Part shown: piece by piece, positions 39,004-51,507 of the stretch | How the letters are laid out: each line of letters opens with the position of its first letter | How positions within the stretch are numbered: position 1 is the stretch's first letter | Source: Euglena gracilis | Lineage: Eukaryota | Length of the DNA stretch: 64,000 bases | NCBI GenBank assembly: GCA_039621445.1 | Contig: CP154954.1 | Location: 25,432,954 to 25,496,953 of the forward strand | Direction of reading: 5' to 3' | Notes under the pieces: generated by a model | The model's database searches: none | What the model was told of the DNA's origin: nothing | The model's input: the letters and a program-made list of their open reading frames with translations, nothing else | Translations under genes and position numbers: made by a program

Positions 39004-40560
39004 GGCGGCCGGATTCGCATTTAAGCTTTTTTATTTTATGTTGATTTGCACATTTGTGCAAATGTGCAAATTTTTTGATTTCGGCTGTGAAGGTCAGGGG
39101 GGTTTGAAAACACGGCGACCAGAGAGTGCAAAAAATGAGCAAAATTCTGTCTTTGACGGCACGACCCCTGGGAGAAAAATGGTGGTTTTGGGTGGTCCGA
39201 AAACGGGCTTTGCACGTCGAAACCCCTGGACCTCCCCCCCCCCCCCCGGAAGCGAAAACAACGCAAAAAAGCGACACAGGAACGGGATCTTTGCTGCCCT
39301 TGTTGCTCTTTTCGGCTGTTTCCCCGGGTATCCCCGAGCTGCCGGCAGTGTGCGTCCTGGGTGTTTGCCGGACTGCTTTGCTTGCGGCGCCTTGGTGTGG
39401 TGTTTTTGGTGTGTTTGTTGTTGTGTTGGTGCGTGCATTTGCGCAAATAAACACAATTTTGCCCTTCGAGGATTGGGCTTTGGCGCCCATGAATTGACGC
39501 TGTCAATAAACGGCGTGGCATAGGGGCCGTGACAGCACGGACCAGAGGGCCGTCCAGAAACATGGTCGGTTTGCCACACTGTTTGTCGACGGCGCAAGTA
39601 AATGCGCGCATAAACAGAAATATGTTTATGCGCGCATTTGCGCCCATCAACACAATTTGTGTTGGTGGGCGCAAATGGGTGCATAGACACAAAGAAGAAG
39701 GGCGTGACAGACACACAACCGTCAAACACCGGCAGCAGATGTGGTTCATTTGCGCATTTGCGCACATCGCATTTTTTTTGTGGTGCAAATGCGCAAATGA
39801 ACCGCATGAATAATTTTGTGCAAATTGCATCTGGTTCATTTGCGCATTTGTGCCCACAAAGAAAGTGATGCGCGCAAATGCACAAATGAACCATCAATGG
39901 AGGAGTAAAAAGCGGCTCCATTTGGCCCTCCAACAGCTACCCTTAGTGGCTTCTGAATGGGTTCAACCCAAACAACCGCACCGTCTTCTTCAACGTCAGG
40001 TATTAGGGGTTAATTCTACTCTGGTGACAGGAAAGATAGAGATAGAGGATCTCCTGAAGGTGGGTGCGCAGCCACCCAATAACGGCGCACGTCTGCCGGC
40101 ACCGGTTTTAGGATCCCAAGGGCCCTGCCACTAACCAGCGGCCTGGGCTCCGCTGCTGCAGCCACATCAGCTGCCGGGCACCCACCAGACCGGAATCAAC
40201 CTCCCCGGTGCAACAACACCCAGCTTTAGCGACCACGTTATTCCCCGCAACCGGGGCGTGAGACTGGTCTGACGACGTGGTGTTAGTGCGTGGCAACCGG
40301 CAGCCGGAGAAAGGTAGCCCTGAAGCACCCCATTACTTTGGGCGAAGTGGTGAACCTTTACCAATGGCTTGGTTGCATGAAAGCGGTTGGACTCACTCCC
40401 CACAAATTATGCACAAAAATTGGTGTGTTTTACATTTGTCAAGGGGAAAATGATGGAGAAAAGCCAGAAAACGGACTCCGGCCCGAAACATCCCAGGTAT
40501 TTCAGGTGCCAAATTTTGTCTTCTTGTGACGCAGCACTGTTGCAGGAAAGGTGTCGAAGA
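39004..40560. mobile_element. Truncated PIF/Harbinger-like element, related to 60566-63380
   Basis: cacTTA|GGCGGCCGGATTCGCATTTAAGCTTTTTT resembles the 60566 TIR; many catttgcgca motifs; 39920-40270 is homologous to 61680-62050. Right end not found. Confidence 0.65.
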
Positions 40561-42898
40561 GATTGTTGGAGAGTTGTGTCTGGCTGGACCCCCCACCCGT
40601 CGGGTTCCCTACTACACGTTGTTCCCTACACGTCGGGTTCCCTCCTCCCTCCCTCACCCCCCTCCCATTTTTTGAGACCACAAAATTCCCCCCCCCCCCC
40701 CGGTCTTCGCCGAGCCCCCCACCCACCGGCAAAACCCGGGCTGGACCGAGAAATTTTTGGTGCAAGGCGCCGAAATTTTTTGAAAACGGGGTCCAAAATT
40801 GCTTCAAAAAACGGCATTTTTGGGTCGTTTTCGGATTTCACCTCCAAATTTTGGATAAAAAATGCCAACTGGCTGGGTTTGGGCTTTGGGGGGTATTTTT
40901 TGGGTACCAGCCGGGTCCAGCTCCCAGCCGGCCGGACCCCCCCCCCCTGGACTCTCCACCCCCGAGGGGGGGGGGGTCCAGCCAACACCTTTTCCAGCCG
41001 GTCCGCGGGACCCCACCCCCCGGGCTGGCCGACCGGGTGGATGCCAAATCGGACCCCCTAGGTCGTGAGAAAGCTTGGCTCCTCACGCCCGTCGGGTTAG
41101 CTTCCCAACCCAAGTCACCCCATTCCTCCTGGGAAGGAATGGAGTGGGCGGCCCCCGGCTCTTTTCGACGCCCCTCCCCCCTTTGGGCCGCGCCTCTGCC
41201 ATGTGTGCCTCTTGCCTGTCGGGGTCCCGCCGCTTGCCCCCGCCCCCCTCTCCCGGCTTGCCCGGTTTGGTCTGTGTGCTCGCTCTGACGCTCTGAAGCG
41301 GCTGCAACGATCGGCGGTCGGAGGCGGGGGAAGGTTCTGGGTGGGGCCGGGGCCGGAAGGAATCCCTGGACCCCTATGGTGGTGGGCGGGAGCACACAAT
41401 CACTTGGTCATTGGCCAACCCCCCTGAGGGGTGGGTGACTGATTTTTTTTTCCAGATTGGACTGACGTTTTTTTTTTTGGCCCGGTCGACCCCTTCCCCT
41501 GAGGGGGGAGGGGTTGACAGAAATCACTTAAGTGGACAGGCATCGAAGGCGTGGAAAAATTCCTCACCCACAAAAATTTTTGTGTCCAAAATGAACTGCA
41601 TTACTGTACCACAATTTCTGCCCTAGGTGGGGGTTCATAGAATCATAATTTGGGTTTGTTTTTTTTGTCCCAAATCTGCATCAATTGAAGCAGTTGCATG
41701 GTGAGGGTGGACCCCTGTCCAGGTCGGTGGGACGCGGTCCAACCCCCGCTTCCCATTTCTCCGAGCCGCCGGTTTTTAGGTCAAACCTTTCCTCGTGAAC
41801 CGCCATATGGTGGGTTGGGCCGGGTTTCCTGTACAGACAGCGGTGGGTGGGGCAAACGCCTGTGTGCACGTCGCCCAAGACCGACGTCCCCATCCTCCTG
41901 GGTGGCCGTCCGTGCATCTGTGTGGCCGCCGTGCCCCCCGCTCTGTCGGGCGGCGCGGCTTCCCCACAGCCAAGGCTCTCCTGCTCCCCATCCGGCTGCA
42001 TGTCCTTCCGACTGTTCTGTTGAGTTTTGGGCATTGTCTGTGAATGATTCTCTGTTGTCTGACACCCTTTTTTAAAAATAAATAATCCTTGGTGATCTTT
42101 GCGAGCGGCCGAGCTCAGGTAACGGCCGGGGGCGGTCCCGACCTAAATTTCAAACTGCCACATTACGCCTCCAACGGCTGAGGCATTTGTTTCGTAAGGG
42201 CCAAAAAGCGATGGCTGCACAAACGCCTTATCCCAACCAGAATAATGGTCCACAAAGCACTCAATGACTTCTGTCACACTCCCAATTGCAGGGCAGTGTT
42301 GGCGGCGCCAAACCTCGGTTGCTTGTCCTCCTGCCGCCACCGCCCCCCTCCCTCGCCTCGGACTGCCTGGCCTCCCTGCGGCCGGGGTCTGGAGCCGGCC
42401 TGCCACACTCTGTCCCACCCCTCGGCCAGGCTTCCAGATCAGATTTTTACCCAAGACCAATTTGCGTCATATTTGAACATTTTCCTTTTTTTTTGCCAAC
42501 AAATTCCATACATTTGGCATCAGTATGTACAAAAATCACAAAAAACCTTGGTTTGAGACTGTTTTTTGAAAAAAGGAAAATGTGAATGCCAGTTCAAGAC
42601 AAGCACCCATTTAATTTGCATATTGGGAAAGACCATCTCCTGGAAAAAATCCTCTCCTCTCCACGGCTGCCTCCGCAAGTTTCTCCGCAAGCAATCTTTC
42701 TCGGAAGGCAAAGTCTTTGGCTACAGTCATTTTCACCCTCCACCCTTAACTCTGATGCTGTCCGTGCCGGAAGAAGTGCCTGGTTGAGTCGGCAAATGGA
42801 TGGTCATTTGACTGGTTCTGTTGAGTTACGTCATCCTATCCTCTTCTGCCTACACAACGTTGGATGTGTTTCTGAGTTTATATGTATGATATTTACTC

Positions 42899-43099
42899 GG
42901 CAGCCTCCAACTAAAGGAACCCCCCGGGGGGGGGGGTCCCTTTAGTTGGATCGGTGGCGGCAAAAAAAAATTTGTGTTAATGAAGGAAAAGGGTTTGGTG
43001 CACAATTCTGGCCTAACTTCAAGCCTAACTTGCGCACCTAACCCTAATCCTCCAACTAAAGGGACCCCCCCAGGGGGGTCTCTTTAGTTGGAGGCTGCC
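42899..43099. mobile_element. Small double-hairpin repeat element with cctaaccctaa motif
   Basis: ggcagcctccaactaaag ... ctttagttggaggctgcc terminal inversion; each end is also a local hairpin. Confidence 0.7.
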
Positions 43100-43181
43100 A
43101 TTTACGCTTGCCCCCCCCCTCCTCCTTACATGCAAATCTCGCCCCCTAAAGTTTGCCTTTGGCAAATTCTTGACATGCAAA

Positions 43182-43638
43182 CATACATCTCTCTAAGGTT
43201 TTGCGAACCCCCCGGGGGGGGGGCGGCTGCAGCCAGCCCCGATTTGGGCCCAGCCCAGCCGCAGCAGCACCCCCGGGGGGGGGGGGGGTGCTGCTAGCCC
43301 AGCTAGCCAGCCCCTTTTTGGGGGGTCCAGCCCAAAATTTTTCGGCGCGAAGCGCCGAAATTTTTTGAAAAACTGTGTTCAAAAGCGGCCAAAAATGGGG
43401 TTTGGGGGGCGTTTGGGGCATTTTTGGGGGGTTTCAGATGCATTTTTTCAAAACTGTGTTCTGCAGGTCATTTTTGGGCATTTTTCCGATTTCAGTCCAG
43501 CTCGCCCCGGTTCGGGTCCAGCCGGGGCCTAGCCCCCCCCGGGGGGGGGGGGGGGGGGCTACCCAACCCAAATTTCTACCCAGCCCAAATTTCTAGCCCT
43601 AGCCCAGCACCCCCCCGGGGTCCTTAAAGAGATGTATG
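43182..43638. mobile_element. hAT-like MITE
   Basis: TIR CATACATCTCTCTAAGG / CCTTAAAGAGATGTATG (1 mismatch), with perfect 8-bp TSD CATGCAAA (43174-81, 43639-46). Confidence 0.92.
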
Positions 43639-46600
43639 CATGCAAACTTAGCCCCCGTGAGGTTGCCCCACCCGAGGGGAGAGGTCTACGTATATGTGTG
43701 TGTGTTTATAATATATATTATGTTATTTTATGTTGTATGTTTGTGTAGATATGAAAATGTATATTTAATATTTTGCAATAATTCTGCTGGATTAAACCCC
43801 CCCTCAATTAGAAGCCCCTCAGGGCTACTATTCGGTCAGTTTGCGTCAAACCCGGGGGTTGCTTCTTATTGGGTCGCAGCGCCGAAAACCTTCGGCGCTT
43901 CCCGCCGGGTGTAAAAAATCAGGTTTTTTGGTCAAGCGTCCTGTGTCCCAACCCCCCTCATCGGGAAACCAAAGGATTGCTACATCTTACTTTTTTGCAC
44001 TTCACCCCAGATATGTTTACAAAAATGTGCGTGTTTCACCCAATTTGTTTGCATTTCATCACAAAAATGTCTGCACCCTATCCCAAAACGTTTTCAGAAA
44101 ATTCTTGTATTTGGATCTGGTTTTTTGCACAATTTCCACCAGTCTGAATGCATCTTTTTACATTGATAAAATGTGGGCTTTTTTCAGTGTGCAAAGAATA
44201 CGAAGCGCAACGTTTTCTGAACAAGTGCAAATGCTTTTGGGGCAGTGCAAAAACCTTTTGCCAGTTGTGACCCAAAAAAAAATGCCGTTGAAGGTCATGG
44301 GCAAAATTTCTGACGCGCTTTGGCAATTTTTTTTTGCCAGGCGTGGGCAAAAATTTTTGGTTGCAAAGTGTAAGATTGTGGCCAAAACCCGATCCATCTT
44401 GCATTTGTGTGTTTGCAGCTTGCCAGTGCCTTGAATATGTGTGTCTGCCCTGGGGGGGGGGAGCTGTTATTTGGGTTTTTGGCGGGAAATCCGAGGGGGG
44501 AGGGGCTTCATTTGGGGAAGGGCTTCTTTGGGGGGGAGGCGTTACCTCATGAAGTTTGAATTTCACAAGGACAGCCGCAAAAAGATGATTGGGAATGGCA
44601 ATTTTAGGGAAAAAGGATGGCTGGGTCCGTGGCGGAAATTGGTAGTTTTGACAACAACAACAGAAAACAAATCAGGGGGGCCAGCCTGAAAGCTGAATGG
44701 CAGCCTGCCGGGAAACTGGAACTGTCCCCTCCGCTCTTTTGCCGCCTCTGCGCTTCTCGTCCGTCCGCCACCTATGGAACAGGGGGGAAACCCAACGCTG
44801 TCAACGTCTTGGCTTCTTGATACACTCTGCGACTGGCTGACTGACCTGAGCCCCTGCCCCTGCCGCTGCCGTGAATGGACCTGCGCCGAATCCCCGGATT
44901 TGTTGCTCAAGAAAAGCGGTTTCCTTCTTGGCCCCTTCCCCCGCTGTCAGCGCGGCTTTGAGTCAGCAACCACTTGGCGCCGGGCAGAGGTCTGCTGGGG
45001 AGAGGGACTAACTTGCGTGGCAGGCACCAACTTTCGAATTTTGGATTTGAGGAAACCTGAGATTTAATGTGAATCAATTTTTTATGGATTTCCCTGGGAA
45101 ATGGATTCCCGGGATCCTTTCTTTTTAGTGAAAGGCTGCAGGGGGTAAAAATTGTCTTGAGGGAGGCCGGTGTTTCTTTTTTTTTTGGACTCCCAGATTT
45201 CTCAGGAGTTGAAAAAAAAACCAAATAATTCTGGATTAAATAATAAGGGATTGTCCACAGCATACGCGTCGTCGCATGAAAATAACGTTGCATGATGGAA
45301 ATGAAAATTTAAAGGGAATGAAAAGTTTTGAAGTCCTCTCCGGCAAATATGTGTACAGTCTGGGGTTTGGGCAAAAAATTCCCCCAGTGGGATTTCTTTA
45401 AAGCTTTTTAAGGCATTTTGTGGTCCTTTAAGCAAGGAGGGGAAATTGAGTCCCTGGTCCAAGTAAACGAGTGGGGCGGGGTTCGGACCCCCTGTCCATT
45501 CAACAAGAGGGGACAAAGCCAAAATTGCCTGTGTTTCAGCTTGGACAGCAGACAAATGTGTAGTGTGATGGGCCCACTCCACGGAAAGGGTGAGGGTGAG
45601 TGTGATTGATTCGGAATAGGGTCAGGGATTGGGTTAGGTGTAGGGTCGGGGGGGTTGGTGTGTGCATTTGGAGAAGGGTTAGGTTTAGGGCTGATTTAAT
45701 TTTAATTTTCTGTTTTTAGTTTTTGGCCATATTTCTCCTAACTTACTAGTTCAGGCTACCCTAACTCTAATCCTATTCTTTTCTTCACAACAATTGTAAT
45801 TCTAAATTTATCCCAAAAAAGAGCTCATGAAAATAAATGGTGGCGAAACCCCAATAAGGGTGCATTTAGAAAATTGGACCTCCCCTCTCGTTCACTCACT
45901 GGAACTGGGGGCCCAGTGGTTTTGGGCTGTCATCGAAATCTCCAGAATGAAGTTTTTGGGGCGTTTTTGTGACACTGAACTGCATTTTATGGGTTGTGCT
46001 CTGGGGGGTCCGATGTTCGGGGTGACTATGGAGGGGTTAGAAGGTGCCCTCTCCCCTGTTGGGAGGGGGTAGTCACCCACCCCTCAAAAGAAAGTCAAAA
46101 ACCCCAAAAAATTCCAGCGCTTAAGATAAAATTTTCTCACATATTTCCATATATTCTCATTTTTTGCATGTTCATTGGAATTTTGGTTTTTTTTTTGTGT
46201 ATTTTCGATGTTTTCCTTTTTTTCCTTTTTCTACATTACTGATTGGTTTAGTTTTTAACAAAGGTTGTGCTTGAAGTTTGTTTTTGAAGTTTTTCTTGAG
46301 ATCCCAAAGTGTTTTTTTTTTCCTCTTAACAAAGCTCGGACTGAAGAATCTTTTTCAAGACGTTGATTATCTTTCAGCATGGTAAAAAAAGATTTTTAAC
46401 ATGTTTTTTTAAAAAATAAAATGGAAATTTTAAAAAAAATAATGAGATTTTTCTTTCCATCTCATCACTTTTTCCCAAAAGGGCTTTTTAAAAAGAATTC
46501 CTGTATTTATTCCCATTTTTCAAAACATTTGGCAAACCTGCGATAAATACAGAGTCATGTGTGCAAAAAAGGCACATGGTATGTTATGCAAATGCAAACT

Positions 46601-47950
46601 GTATTTCTTTGTCCACGAATGAACAGAAATTTTTGCAAGGCACATAAACAAGCTTGTAAAAAGCAGAAGTTTTTGACGTTATTTTCTTCCCCAAAGAACT
46701 CAATAATTTGCTGGTTAAGGCACAAAAAACCCTCAGGAATAAAACGCTAAAAAAAAATCTCAAAAAAGGGGGGAGACGTGGATATATTCATTGGTGCATT
46801 TTCCCGTGTATCTCTCTGGTGGCTGAGAGGTCCATTGATGCCGGACACCGCACGCTTTTGTATTTTAATTGCGCGCTGACCCAGATCCTCTCCCTGCACA
46901 GCGGGGTGCCCCCGCCCGGCATGCCGCACCCCGTTCACGCGACACTCAGTCCACGGGCGGGGTTCGAAGCGTCTTGCCCTGGAGGCCCGGAGTGTGCGTC
47001 CGGAACTGTGTCTCATTGAAATCCGCCCCCGCGCAGGGGGGCTGCTCTCCGCAAGGGTCGGCTTCCCCGCTGGCGCCTCACGACGTGTCCCACTTCGACA
47101 CTTCCCCAACGCCTCCTCCCCCCCCCCCCGCGCCCCTCTCCCCCGCTCATCCGTACCGTGTGGGCCTGGCCCGCTGCCGCCCAAAGGCGCTTGCATTTCC
47201 TGCTGCCCATTTCAGGCGGCTGGGAGCAGCCTTTCCCACCACCGGGGGGCGGTCCGAGCGGTGGCACGTCCAAACGCCTTTCGGCGCGGTGGGGCTGTCG
47301 AAGGTAAAAGTCAGCTCCCAATTTGCACTGTGAAATTTTTCTTGTGAAATGGTGTCGTTTTAAAAAACTGAAGCTGATGCTGATGGCCATTTGCATTATG
47401 CTGCACAGGACGCTGGCTGTCGGAGAACGTCACCAACTAAAGTGAGCTGGCACTGAAAACAACTTTGAGCGTTAAGATGGTTTTCGGAAAGCCTCTTGGA
47501 GAGGACCGTGGACGGCACAGAGTCGGTTCAGCAGGACAGCTGGGCAACAGCATCTGTTCAGAGGTCGCTATGGTTATCGGCGGGGTGGTTTTCAGAAAGG
47601 CCCACAACTCCAACGACAGGGACGAACCGCCCGGATTGTCACATTGTCACATTGTCACATTGTCGGACTGTCACAGCTGACGGAATTACGACCGGACTCG
47701 CGTTTTTTTGGGAGGGGCCCAGCAACAGAGCATTGGCTGAAGCCCATCCACCACAGTGCCCAGCGGTCAAGCAACCCGCCTTGGCTCGAAGGACCGACCC
47801 CCATGCCGCCCCGGCCCTAAACCACCTTCCCCCACCGCTGCCCCATCTCTTTCTCAGCGATTTCAACGCCCGGGGAGGGTCCCGAGGCCTTCCGCCAAAT
47901 CCCAGGTGCCCTGAGAGCACTTCCGGGAGCATTTGCTGCCCCCTCCACTT

Positions 47951-48455
47951 CAGGCTTCTTTTTAAGTCAAGCAATTGCTTAAGCACTGACCGACCCCCCC
48001 CCCCCGGGGGGGTGACTGGTTTTTTCAGAGTGACTGACTGGTTTTTGGCCCGGACCCCCTCCCCCCGGGGGGGGGGTCGGCCCGGAGTAGGCAAAAGTGG
48101 CTTGAGTGACCCCAGCCTAAAATGTCACTTTTGGCCTAAAATGGCCTAAAAGTGACTGGAAAGTGGCCGTTTTTCTGAGTGGCCGACCTCCCTGGGGGGG
48201 GGGGGGGGTAGTGACTGGTTTTTTTGAAAATGAGTGACTTACTGGCTTTTAAAAAAAAGTGGAGTGACCCCCCCCGGGGGTCGGTAAAAAATTGTATGGT
48301 CAGAAGACCCCACCCCGGGGGGGGGGGGGTCTGGGGCCGGACCCCGAGGGGCCCAGGTATGGGTTTCGGAGCAAAGCGCCGAATTTTTTTGTGAAATCGT
48401 CAAGGCAGGCTGGCTGGGTGGGAGCCCCCCCCCCAGAGCCTTAAAAAGAAGCCTG
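47951..48455. mobile_element. hAT-like MITE, CAG...CTG termini
   Basis: Perfect 16-bp TIR CAGGCTTCTTTTTAAG / CTTAAAAAGAAGCCTG; TSD CTCCACTT / CCCCACTT (7/8). Confidence 0.9.
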
Positions 48456-49777
48456 CCCCACTTGGCTTGCCCACTGGAACAAGTGAGAGAGTGTATAATT
48501 TTCCAATTTTTTTTTCAATTGGATTTTGGCTTTAAACTACTGCCCCCGGGGGGGAGGGTGAACGACCCGGAAATTTGTCTTTCTGTCCAAAAAGGCCATA
48601 CATCAAAGCATGTTGGTCAACGTCCAAAAAAGGTTCTTCTGGTGCCTTTGGTGCCGAGTAGCCGGGTGGGGCGGCATCCTGGTCTACTCCGCCCCCCCCC
48701 CCCCGGGCCAAAAACCAGTCAGTCACTCCGAAAAAACCAGTCAGTCACCTCCCCCCGCACACACCTTATGCAATGGGCCCCCCATGGAGGGATGAAGTGG
48801 TGAATGGATTTTGAAAAGCAATTGATTGGCTTTTTGAGAGAAGACAGTGACAGACCCCGGGGGGAGAGGGAGGGAGGGACACGGTTGTGTTCACTGGTGA
48901 GGTGGAGATTTGTGACAAGCTTCCCCGGCAGGCCTGAACCCAAGGCACCAGAAACTTTTTTTTCGGTTTAATGCAATTCTCTGCGTTTTCCCCTCCATCT
49001 TAGCATATGCGATTTTCCAAATTTCTCCGAAGGTGTGCCAAATAAAAAAAGTGTCAATGTCTTGAGGAAATTGGGTAATTTGTGTGTGGTGGCTCTTTTT
49101 TCATGGATGGTTATATAGGAAGGAGGATTCTGCATGCCCCCCCCCTCGGCGCTTGGACCTCCGGCGCTTGGCGCTTGGCTTGGCCTCCTTTCATGCAAAC
49201 TTGGCCAAAAGTTCGGCCTAAATTTTTTCTATCTTTGGCCCCATGTTGAAGGTATTTGACTTGTTTTGTGCATATGGCCGCCGAAGTTCTTGGCGCAAAC
49301 TTGGTGGCCATTGGCCCCCAAGCTGTACCAGTTTGAATCGAAAACATTTGAATGGGAAAAATTGGCACCCAGCATTGAAAAAATTCTGGCCGTTGGTCCA
49401 AGAATCTTTGTTTGCTTTTCAAAGGTTTTTGACAGTTTTTCTGACTTTGCACGGATGCCAACAACATCAACAACGTCCATTTTTTTTGCATTTTTGGGGG
49501 GCATTTCCACTCTGCATTTTTTGTGTATATTCGAACCCCCTTCTCTGCCCCCCCAGGTCCTAAAATTGCTCTGCCTCCCCCCACTCACCCTCTCATTTTT
49601 GACCACAGTGGACATCACTCCCCAACCCACCCAACCCCACCCCTCTGCTGGCCCCTCCCCGTTTCTTTCTCAACTCGAGCCCAATGCTGTGCCCCCCCCC
49701 CAGTGACTCCCGAAGCGGCTGGTCCTTGGACTGTGGTCGCTATGGGCAATGTCGGATTGCGGAACCTGTACCGCATA

Positions 49778-49868
49778 GGGGATGCCGACGCACGGTGTGC
49801 GGCACGGTGTGCAGCACAGTGTGCACGGTGTGCCACACGGTGTGCCGCATACCGTGCGTCGGCATCCC
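49778..49868. repeat. Long GC-rich hairpin (28-bp arms)
   Basis: ggggatgccgacgcacggtgtgcggcac / gtgccgcataccgtgcgtcggcatcccc, 1 mismatch. Confidence 0.9.
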
Positions 49869-50634
49869 CATAGCAGTACTTAGTGTGGCAGTGGCGGCAT
49901 CCCTGCCGCCGTTTTGTTCTTTTCTTTTGCATGAATTTATAATTTGGGTTTTCCAGTTTTTGTGCCCACACGCCAGCGTGCCCATTAACCATCCATGGCT
50001 ACAACTCTTGAGGACGGGGGTTAACCAGTTTGGTTATCTATGGGCAGCCGACCTGCTTTTGGCTTTCCACCTCCCCCTGCACTGTTGCTTTGTACTATGG
50101 AAGGCGACACAGCAAGGCTTTCGATTGCACCGCTGCTTTGTGTGTGTGTCGCCTGGGGATAAATGATGACATGATGCTGACATGTTTTGCATTGCGGTTT
50201 GCCTGAACTCCACTGATATTTTGCAGTGTACATTTTCCAGGGGTTCCATAAATGTCCACAAGGTACACCCCCCCCCTGAAAATAAGACCTCCCCAAAGAA
50301 GACCCCCAAACTTAGAACCCTGAGGGCTGATCGAGCAAAATTCCAAAAAAAACAAGACCCCCAAAATAAGACCCTCCTCTGGCGCGAAGCTTCAGAGACA
50401 GTAAAGTTTTCCCTGAAAAAAAAATACACAGACACAAACAATGATGGAAGTTTGGGATATTTGAGCTCCAAAATGTAAATGCCAAATTGTACCAATTTAC
50501 AATGTCGCGGAGCGCCGAAAGAGGATTTCTATTGTTTTTGGAGCCTGAAAAATGATTTTTTTATGGTCCCGGGTCGGTTAAGGATAAGTCTAAATATGCC
50601 CCCCCCAAAGTTTGGTGGTGACTGAAGTGGCCAT

Positions 50635-51507
50635 CGAACACCTCTGACGATGCTGGGCAATGCTGGGCGATGCTGGCATTTTTTTGCATAGCTTTGAAGA
50701 ATGAAACCCACATTTTGGATCAATAAAGAATCATTTCCCTCGGATCTCTCACGTTACAGCCATTTTGCCCATGTTTTGGATCAATTTTTGACAATTTGGG
50801 CAATTTTGTGTCTGTACGTTTTGGGCTGATTTGGATCAACATCAGCAATTTTATGGCATTTTGGGCCATTTTATGCCGTTTCGGTAGCCTTGGGTCATTT
50901 TTCACGGTCTTTGCGGACATTGTGAGCCATTTTGGGGATGTTTGAGGTCATTTCAAGCCATTTTAGGTCATTTTGGTCGCTACCATTTTATCTCATTTGT
51001 TTTTGGTCCTTTTGGGGCTTTTGGTTCAGTTTATAACCAGGATGCCAGATCCTGGAATAGTTGCATTGAGCATCCATTCCATCCAACATCCACTACATCA
51101 AATCCAGTTGGTACAATCCCTCCATCGACTGCAGCATCTGCATCCACTGCCTCAAATCCGATATCTTCATCCACTGCATCGGCTCCAGTATCTGCGTCCA
51201 GTCCATCCTCCCATCCACTCCAGTGTCCACTCCATCAATTCCGCTTTAGTACTGGTGCGAGGAAGACCAAGAGGGGAAGAAGCTTGTGGCTGGATGAATT
51301 TGGGCAAAAGTGAACAAAAGGACAAAAGAACAAAAGTAGCCAAAAGTGGCCATGGCCAAAAGTGGATGAAATTGGGCAAATGGTCAAAAGTGGACAAAAG
51401 TGGATGCAGTGTATGCGGTATTTGAGTGAATGCAGGTATTGGAGGTACACCACCAAGGGCTTCATTAACAATGCTGGGCGATGCGGGGCCAATGACAGGG
51501 CTGCTCG
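50635..51507. mobile_element. hAT-like element (GCGATGCTGG / CAAAAGTGG family), diverged copy
   Basis: Perfect 8-bp TSD GTGGCCAT (50627-34, 51508-15); degenerate TIR cgaacacctctg / cagggctgctcg; same subterminal 10-mers as 15481. Confidence 0.85.

Noticed and set aside
39036-39933. 273-279 aa minus-strand ORFs as a transposase
   Set aside because: Dominated by catttgcgca repeat translations; no catalytic motif recognised.
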